32,939 nucleotides of DNA from Bacilli bacterium (lineage in GTDB: Bacteria; Bacillota_I; Bacilli_A; RF39; UBA660): contig JAVXDN010000003.1 in assembly GCA_036658935.1 (NCBI GenBank), positions 1-32,939 of the forward strand. Reading direction: 5' to 3'. A program made the translations under genes and the position numbers. Below, piece by piece: positions 27,831 to 32,939 of the stretch. The first letter of the stretch is position 1; each line of letters begins with the position of its first letter. The notes beneath the pieces are model-generated. The model worked only from the letters and a program-made list of their open reading frames with translations. It made no database searches and was not told the DNA's origin.

Positions 27831-27832
27831 AT

Positions 27833-27908
27833 GGTTCCGTGGTGTAGTGGTTATCACGCTCGCCTGTCACGCGAGAGATCACGGGTTCAAGTCCCGTCGG
27901 AACCGCCA
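27833..27908 (+). tRNA. tRNA-Asp(GTC)
   Basis: CTCGC-CTGTCAC-GCGAG, CCA. Confidence 0.96.
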
Positions 27909-27911
27909 TTT

Positions 27912-27987
27912 GGCTTCATAGCTCAGTCGGTAGAGCACAAGACTGAAAATCTTGGTGTCACTGGTTCAATTCCAGTTGAAGCCACCA
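27912..27987 (+). tRNA. tRNA-Phe(GAA)
   Basis: CAAGA-CTGAAAA-TCTTG, CCA. Confidence 0.96.
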
Positions 27988-27999
27988 GAATAAAAAAAT

Positions 28000-28020
28000 A
28001 GCCCAGTTTAGCTGGGTTTT
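28000..28020 (+). terminator. Terminator of the tRNA operon
   Basis: AGCCCAG...CTGGGTT followed by T's. Confidence 0.7.
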
Positions 28021-28153
28021 ATTATGATTAAAATTATATTAGGTCTTAATTTAATTATTATAATTTGTGTTTTATCTTAAAATATGCTATAATATGCGGT
28101 AATTAGAGATAAGTATAGTGTTATCTATATAATAAATTATATTAGGGGGATTT

Positions 28154-28549
28154 ATGGAAAGAGTATATGGATTTGATTTAGGTAATATAGGTGCTAAAAA
28201 AGAATATTATGATTCACTTGATGAAGTGTCTTTATTTTTATCTATTAATGATTTATCTATAATGTCATTTCTTTTTAACAATGAAGTGGACAAACGAGAA
28301 CTTGCTTTGACAATTGATTATTGTAAAGTGTTAAGTAATAAATTCGGAACTTATGTAAATGTTGGTAGTGATATAAAAAGGGTAGAAGAAACTCAAGAAT
28401 ATAAAGATTGGTATTCTAAATTTGAAACATTGTTTTTTGATAGAGAAAATGGAATGAGTGAAGAACAATGGGAAGCTTTTCATAAAGCTTTTATGTCTGG
28501 AAAAGATACTTCTAGATATATTACTTCTTTTAGGAACAAGAGTTTATAA
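28154..28549 (+). CDS. Hypothetical protein upstream of the HipA-like kinase
   Basis: 131 aa, AGGGGG RBS, 11 nt before the next gene. Confidence 0.8.
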   Translation: MERVYGFDLGNIGAKKEYYDSLDEVSLFLSINDLSIMSFLFNNEVDKRELALTIDYCKVLSNKFGTYVNVGSDIKRVEETQEYKDWYSKFETLFFDRENGMSEEQWEAFHKAFMSGKDTSRYITSFRNKSL

Positions 28550-28560
28550 GGTAGATTTAT

Positions 28561-29364
28561 ATGAAACCAAAATTAATACAATTTACAGATAGGTCTCAGA
28601 TTATTGAGTTTAAAAAGCAAAAATTTTCTCTTACTCCAGAAGAAATAGCTAACAAAATTAATATTGATATAGAAACTTATAAGAGCTATGACAACTGGGT
28701 AATTATTAATGGAGAATGGTATTATTATAAAGAAATTTATGATGAAAGAAAGTTTGTTAATGAAATGTTAGGTGTAAAAGTATGTGAATATTTTGATATT
28801 CCATCAGTAAAATATGACATTGGGTATGCACTTAATTTACAACATTTAGGGATTACTTTAATATCTAAAAATTTTAGAAAAAATGATGTTAAATATTTAA
28901 ATCAAGATGATGTAACTACAAGTAGAGAATTAATAACTGATATTAATGATTATGTTGAAAAGGATAGAGTTAAAGAGGTAAAGCTTAAACTTTTAAAAGC
29001 TTTAATAGTAAATTTTGCTATTTCTAACATAGATTATAATAGATATAATATTTTATTTGAAGTAAAAACAAGTAAAATATTTGATATCGCTCCATTATTT
29101 GATTTTGAAAATTCTTTTAAGAGAGTAATAGATCTTTATCAAAACGATTTACAAACTTTTAGACTTGAAGATTTAAAAGAAATGATGGATACTTATCCAC
29201 AAATAAAGCCATATATACAAAAGATATTTGATATGAATCTTTTATCTTTACTTGATGATATTCAAGAGCAGTATCATCTTATAATAGATAAGGAACAATT
29301 AAAGAATAGTTATATTGATTATGAAAATAAATTAAAATCTAGATTATCTTTATATTTAAAATAA
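28561..29364 (+). CDS. HipA/CtkA-like Ser/Thr kinase-fold protein with an HTH-like N-terminus
   Basis: GEWYYYK, VNE..G..V...F.IPSV.Y, LISKNF, AISNIDYNRYN, IAPLFDFE. Confidence 0.72.
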   Translation: MKPKLIQFTDRSQIIEFKKQKFSLTPEEIANKINIDIETYKSYDNWVIINGEWYYYKEIYDERKFVNEMLGVKVCEYFDIPSVKYDIGYALNLQHLGITLISKNFRKNDVKYLNQDDVTTSRELITDINDYVEKDRVKEVKLKLLKALIVNFAISNIDYNRYNILFEVKTSKIFDIAPLFDFENSFKRVIDLYQNDLQTFRLEDLKEMMDTYPQIKPYIQKIFDMNLLSLLDDIQEQYHLIIDKEQLKNSYIDYENKLKSRLSLYLK

Positions 29365-29423
29365 ATAATAAATATTATTTATTTTTTTATAAGTAAACAG
29401 TGGAAAAGTAAAAAAAATGTTCT

Positions 29424-29431
29424 CATATGTT
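29424..29431 (+). promoter_or_regulatory. Possible sigma-K/E -10 box upstream of the holin-lysin pair
   Basis: CATATGTT just 5' of the AGGAGG RBS; -35 element weak. Confidence 0.3.
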
Positions 29432-29448
29432 ATAGTAGGAGGGCATAT

Positions 29449-29841
29449 ATGAAAGAATTTTTTATTAATATAGTTTTACCTTGTATATCGTTAGCTTTAT
29501 TAATGATGGCAAATATATTAGCTGGTAAGTCAATTGCAGATATAAAAAAAGAGTTTAATAGAAGTAAATTAATCGCTGGTATTACTAAAGCTGTTTTTAC
29601 TTTAGTGTCTATTTTTTTAATTTCTCTTTCTTCTTTAGTTTATAATTTGGATATAGCTTCTATTAATGGAGTGAATGTTAATGCACTAAAACTTATGAAT
29701 ATTATTTTAATTGCAGTTATAATAATGCATGGAGTTAAAGCTACTCGTAAAATCATTGAATTATTTCAAGTTAAGGTAATTATTGATGAGTTAAGAGAAG
29801 AGAAAATAATTAATATTGAAAGAAAAGATTTAAATGAATAA
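29449..29841 (+). CDS. Holin-like membrane protein (about 3 TM helices)
   Basis: Hydrophobic helices; NILAG..IA..KKEFN.SKL..GI.K resembles phage holin family 4; charged C-terminus; overlaps the lysin start. Confidence 0.6.
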   Translation: MKEFFINIVLPCISLALLMMANILAGKSIADIKKEFNRSKLIAGITKAVFTLVSIFLISLSSLVYNLDIASINGVNVNALKLMNIILIAVIIMHGVKATRKIIELFQVKVIIDELREEKIINIERKDLNE

Positions 29842-30697
29842 TGATAAGCCTATTTTCCCAGTAAAAAATTTTATTGATGTAACTCAAGGATTTAGTAATA
29901 ATCATTTAGCGATAGATTTAGGTAGTGGTGGAAGAACACAAGAGATTATAGCGAGTATTAGTGGTAGGGTAGTTAGTGTTGTAAAAAATTATCAAACTCA
30001 AGATTCTACTGGTTCTTCTTATGGAAATAATATTGTTATAGAAGATGGGTATGGTAGAAGCTTTAGATGTGCTCATTTAATGCAAAATAGTATAAATCTT
30101 AGTGTGGGAGATTATGTTGAACAAGGTCAAACATTAGGCATTATGGGGACTACTGGGCATTCTACTGGAGTTCATTGTCATTTTGAGTTTATGATAAATA
30201 AGAAAAAAGTTAATCCTTTTTTATATGTTTATATTTACTCTTTTCAAGAGATGGGAGATAGAACTAAAAACTATAATATTCTAAGTTATAATCAAGTAAA
30301 AATAGTGTCTCCTACAATAATAAATCCTTTAGTAAATCAAATAATATTGAAAGTTAAATTAAATGTTAGAACTAGTCCTGGATTAAATTCAGAAATTATT
30401 GGAAAAGTAAATGAAGGAGAAGTATATAATTATTTTGATGTATTTAATAAAGATAATTATGACTGGTATAGAATAGAAGAAAATATGTGGGTAGCGGGAA
30501 AGAATGAATATTTAGAAGTTAAAAATTCAATTAAGGAGGATACTGAAATGATAGATAAATTAACAAGAGAAAATGAAGAATTGGTAAAATTATTAAAGGA
30601 AAAAGAAGATGCTATTATTTTTAAGTTTAATGTACAAAGTACTTCAGTATATAAAATAATACTTAATAAGGGTGAAGTTCTTAATATTGTTAAGTAA
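29834..30697 (+). CDS. M23 peptidoglycan endopeptidase with an SH3b domain (endolysin-like, no signal peptide)
   Basis: HLAID, YGN, AHL, STGVHCHFE; SH3b LNVRTSPGLNSEIIG...WYRI...WV. Confidence 0.88.
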   Translation: MNNDKPIFPVKNFIDVTQGFSNNHLAIDLGSGGRTQEIIASISGRVVSVVKNYQTQDSTGSSYGNNIVIEDGYGRSFRCAHLMQNSINLSVGDYVEQGQTLGIMGTTGHSTGVHCHFEFMINKKKVNPFLYVYIYSFQEMGDRTKNYNILSYNQVKIVSPTIINPLVNQIILKVKLNVRTSPGLNSEIIGKVNEGEVYNYFDVFNKDNYDWYRIEENMWVAGKNEYLEVKNSIKEDTEMIDKLTRENEELVKLLKEKEDAIIFKFNVQSTSVYKIILNKGEVLNIVK

Positions 30698-30700
30698 TAT

Positions 30701-30734
30701 AAAAAAATCCAATAATTTGGATTTTATTTTTTTT
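30701..30734. terminator. Bidirectional terminator between the lysin and tRNA-Pro
   Basis: AAAATCCAA-taat-TTGGATTTT flanked by A and T runs. Confidence 0.6.
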
Positions 30735-30735
30735 A

Positions 30736-30812
30736 TGGTCGGAGTGACAGGATTTGAACCTGCAACCACTTGGTCCCAAACCAAGTGCTCTACCAAATTG
30801 AGCCACACTCCG
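30736..30812 (-). tRNA. tRNA-Pro(TGG)
   Basis: Reverse complement CGGAGTG...CTTGG-TTTGGGA-CCAAG...CACTCCGACCA. Confidence 0.95.
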
Positions 30813-30821
30813 AAATTTTAT

Positions 30822-30898
30822 TGGTGTACCCAGGAGGAGTCGAACCCCTAACCTTTTGATCCGTAGTCAAATGCTCTATCCAGTTGAGCTATGGGTAC
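30822..30898 (-). tRNA. tRNA-Arg(ACG)
   Basis: Reverse complement GTACCCA...TTTGA-CTACGGA-TCAAA...TGGGTACACCA. Confidence 0.95.
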
Positions 30899-30920
30899 GC
30901 TTCATTTAATAACCATTAAT

Positions 30921-30949
30921 ATTATATACATAAAGTTATTAAAACGCAA
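30921..30949 (-). promoter_or_regulatory. sigma-A promoter of the Arg-Pro tRNA pair
   Basis: TTGCGT-17-TATAAT on the minus strand. Confidence 0.7.
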
Positions 30950-31004
30950 GCACTACTTGTAGAAGTCAAGAAATTTAGATATAATAACTATAGGAGAATA
31001 TGAT

Positions 31005-31958
31005 ATGAAAAGAAAACTTAATTATAAAAAAATAGCTTTAGCATTTATAGTAGTGGTAGTGGTTATACTTTTAATAATATTTGGAATAAAGGGAATATCA
31101 AGTTTTATTAAGAATAAAAATAGTTATGAACATAAATTATCACTAGTTGGATATAAGAAAGATGAAATAAAGATTTTACTTAAAAATTTTGAAAAGAATG
31201 ATTTAGAAAATATATTAAAAATTGATTATAATGAGAATTTAGCTAATTATAGTGAACAGAAATATTTTAATATTAATAAGTTAAATGAATATACAGCTTA
31301 TTTAAATAAAAATAAAAAGAGTAATATAAAGGAAACTATCGCTGTTATTAATACAGGTGCTGATAAAGAAGAATATGATGATATAAGGAAAACTGATTTA
31401 TCTAAAGGTATATTAATGTTAGTTAATAAATATAATTATTTAGAAAGTAGTTATGTTCCTAAAGATATTGTATCTATTCCTACAACTTATGCATATGAAG
31501 GTAAATCTATGAGTAAGGAAGCTATGGAAAATTTAATTTATATGTTAGATGCAGCTCGTGAAAGTAAGTTTACTATTGTAGTGTCATCTGGTTATAGAAG
31601 TTATAGTGATCAGGAGAAAGTTTATAATAATTATAAGAGTATATATAGTACTAGACAAGCGGATGATATGATTTTTAGACCCGGATTTAGTGAAAGTCAA
31701 ACAGGGCTTAGTATTGCTCTTGAACCTTATTCAAAAGAAGTAAGTGATGTTAAAACAAGTGAAGAACATAAGTGGTTAGAACAAAATGCTTATAAATATG
31801 GATTTATATTTAGATATCCTGCTAATTCTAAGGCTTTAACTAAGGCAGATCCATCTGATTGGAGAATGCGTTATGTAGGGGAAGTAGCATCTACTAAGAT
31901 ACATAATGAAAAAATTACTTTTGAAGAATATTATAAATATTATGTAGAGAAGAAATAA
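31005..31958 (+). CDS. M15B (VanY-like) paralog lacking catalytic residues, membrane-anchored
   Basis: LVNK, SGYRSY, RPGFSESQTGLSIAL, AYKYGFIFRYP, SDWRMRYVG, ITFEEY. Confidence 0.85.
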   Translation: MKRKLNYKKIALAFIVVVVVILLIIFGIKGISSFIKNKNSYEHKLSLVGYKKDEIKILLKNFEKNDLENILKIDYNENLANYSEQKYFNINKLNEYTAYLNKNKKSNIKETIAVINTGADKEEYDDIRKTDLSKGILMLVNKYNYLESSYVPKDIVSIPTTYAYEGKSMSKEAMENLIYMLDAARESKFTIVVSSGYRSYSDQEKVYNNYKSIYSTRQADDMIFRPGFSESQTGLSIALEPYSKEVSDVKTSEEHKWLEQNAYKYGFIFRYPANSKALTKADPSDWRMRYVGEVASTKIHNEKITFEEYYKYYVEKK

Positions 31959-31971
31959 GAGGAATGGTTTT

Positions 31972-32916
31972 ATGAAAAAACAAGTAGTTGTCATAGGTGG
32001 AGGGACTGGACTTAGTACTTTACTTAAAGGATTAAAGCAGTTTCCTATTGATATTACCGCTATAGTTAGTGTAAGTGATGATGGAAGTAGTACAGGAAGA
32101 CTTAGAAGTGAGTTTAATACTCCAGCTGTAGGGGACATTAGAAAAGTTTTAGTTAGTTTAGCTGAAACTGAACCTTTAGTTGAAAAATTGTTTAATTATA
32201 GATTTAGTACTACTAGTGATTTGAATGGTCATGCTGTAGGTAATTTACTTTTAACTGCAGCTGCTGAACTTACAGGAAATATGTCTGAGGGAGTGGAGGC
32301 TTTAGCTAAAGTTCTTAATCTTAAAGGTAAGGTTGTACCTCTTAGTGAAGATAATGTGGTTTTAGTCGCTAGGATGAAGGATGGAAGTGTTATTAGTGGA
32401 GAACATAATATAACTGAAGCTCATAAGCAAATTGAAAGTATAAGTTATCAAAATAATCCAAGAGTAAGTACTAAGGCTCTTTGTGCAATTAAAAAAGCAG
32501 ATTTAATAATATTAAGTATGGGAAGTTTATTTACAAGTATTATTCCTAATTTACTTCCAAATGAAGTTAAGAATGCAATAGATACCTCAGGTGCAAGAAT
32601 AATGTATGTTTGTAATATGATGACTCAACCAGGAGAGACTGATGGAATGTCTGCAAGTCAGCATGTTGGATTACTTAATGATTATTTAGGTAATAAAAAA
32701 ATAGATACAATTATTGTTAATAATAAAAAAATTAATCAAATGTTACTTGATAGATATGCTTCTTTAGAACAAAAGGATCAGGTAGTAGTAGATTATGATT
32801 TATTAAAAGGTATAAAAGTTATTTCATCTAATTTCTTTTGTATAGATAATGATACTATTAGACATGATTATTTAAAACTAGCTTTAAGTATATTTTCTGA
32901 TATGTTAGTGGAGTAA
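31972..32916 (+). CDS. yvcK: YvcK/GlmR (CofD-like UDP-GlcNAc-binding) protein
   Basis: VIGGGTGLS, VSDDGSSTG.LR, GDIR, GHAVGNL, GSLFTSIIPNL, NMMTQPGET, IRHD. Confidence 0.93.
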   Translation: MKKQVVVIGGGTGLSTLLKGLKQFPIDITAIVSVSDDGSSTGRLRSEFNTPAVGDIRKVLVSLAETEPLVEKLFNYRFSTTSDLNGHAVGNLLLTAAAELTGNMSEGVEALAKVLNLKGKVVPLSEDNVVLVARMKDGSVISGEHNITEAHKQIESISYQNNPRVSTKALCAIKKADLIILSMGSLFTSIIPNLLPNEVKNAIDTSGARIMYVCNMMTQPGETDGMSASQHVGLLNDYLGNKKIDTIIVNNKKINQMLLDRYASLEQKDQVVVDYDLLKGIKVISSNFFCIDNDTIRHDYLKLALSIFSDMLVE

Positions 32917-32939
32917 TTTTAAATTAATACATAATAAAA

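Noticed and set aside
27988-30735. Integrated prophage or island at tRNA-Phe or tRNA-Pro
   Set aside because: No integrase, structural genes or duplicated tRNA 3' end were found by eye.
30822-30898. A49-C65 mismatch in the tRNA-Arg T-stem
   Set aside because: A single terminal mismatch is commonly tolerated and is not enough to call a pseudogene.
31836-32138. 100-aa minus-strand ORF
   Set aside because: It is an antisense shadow across the M15B paralog and yvcK.

Overview
A very AT-rich, gene-dense chromosomal segment from a reduced-genome Bacillota (Bacilli), most consistent with an RF39-like gut lineage (taxonomy is inference). It uses standard code 11: TGA ends ylxM and yunB, and Trp is TGG. 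Most of it is housekeeping (murE, rocF, rnj, ftsY-ylxM, ffh, rpoZ, recX, prsA, hit, sufS-like, ssb, pdp, yutD, S1 protein, yvcK) with a 10-tRNA operon and a convergent Arg/Pro tRNA pair. Endospore genes are interspersed: cotD-like, two unannotated yjcZ-family peptides, yunB and yutH-like. The most unusual observations are: (1) a 5'-truncated DGR-class reverse transcriptase directly abutting housekeeping genes; (2) a non-DAP-type MurE (EDPR instead of DNPR) divergently paired with arginase, suggesting ornithine peptidoglycan; (3) three tRNAs with C55 instead of the near-universal U55 and a tRNA-Ser with C33; (4) an inter-tRNA islet with an HTH-like/HipA-like kinase operon and a holin plus M23-SH3b lysin behind a mother-cell-like promoter; (5) a VanY/M15B paralog that has lost all catalytic residues; (6) recX apparently starting at ATA; (7) an orphan HerA ATPase, a Cas4-like DUF2779 protein and a three-gene acidic/coiled-coil operon. 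No CRISPR array, IS element or rRNA was seen.
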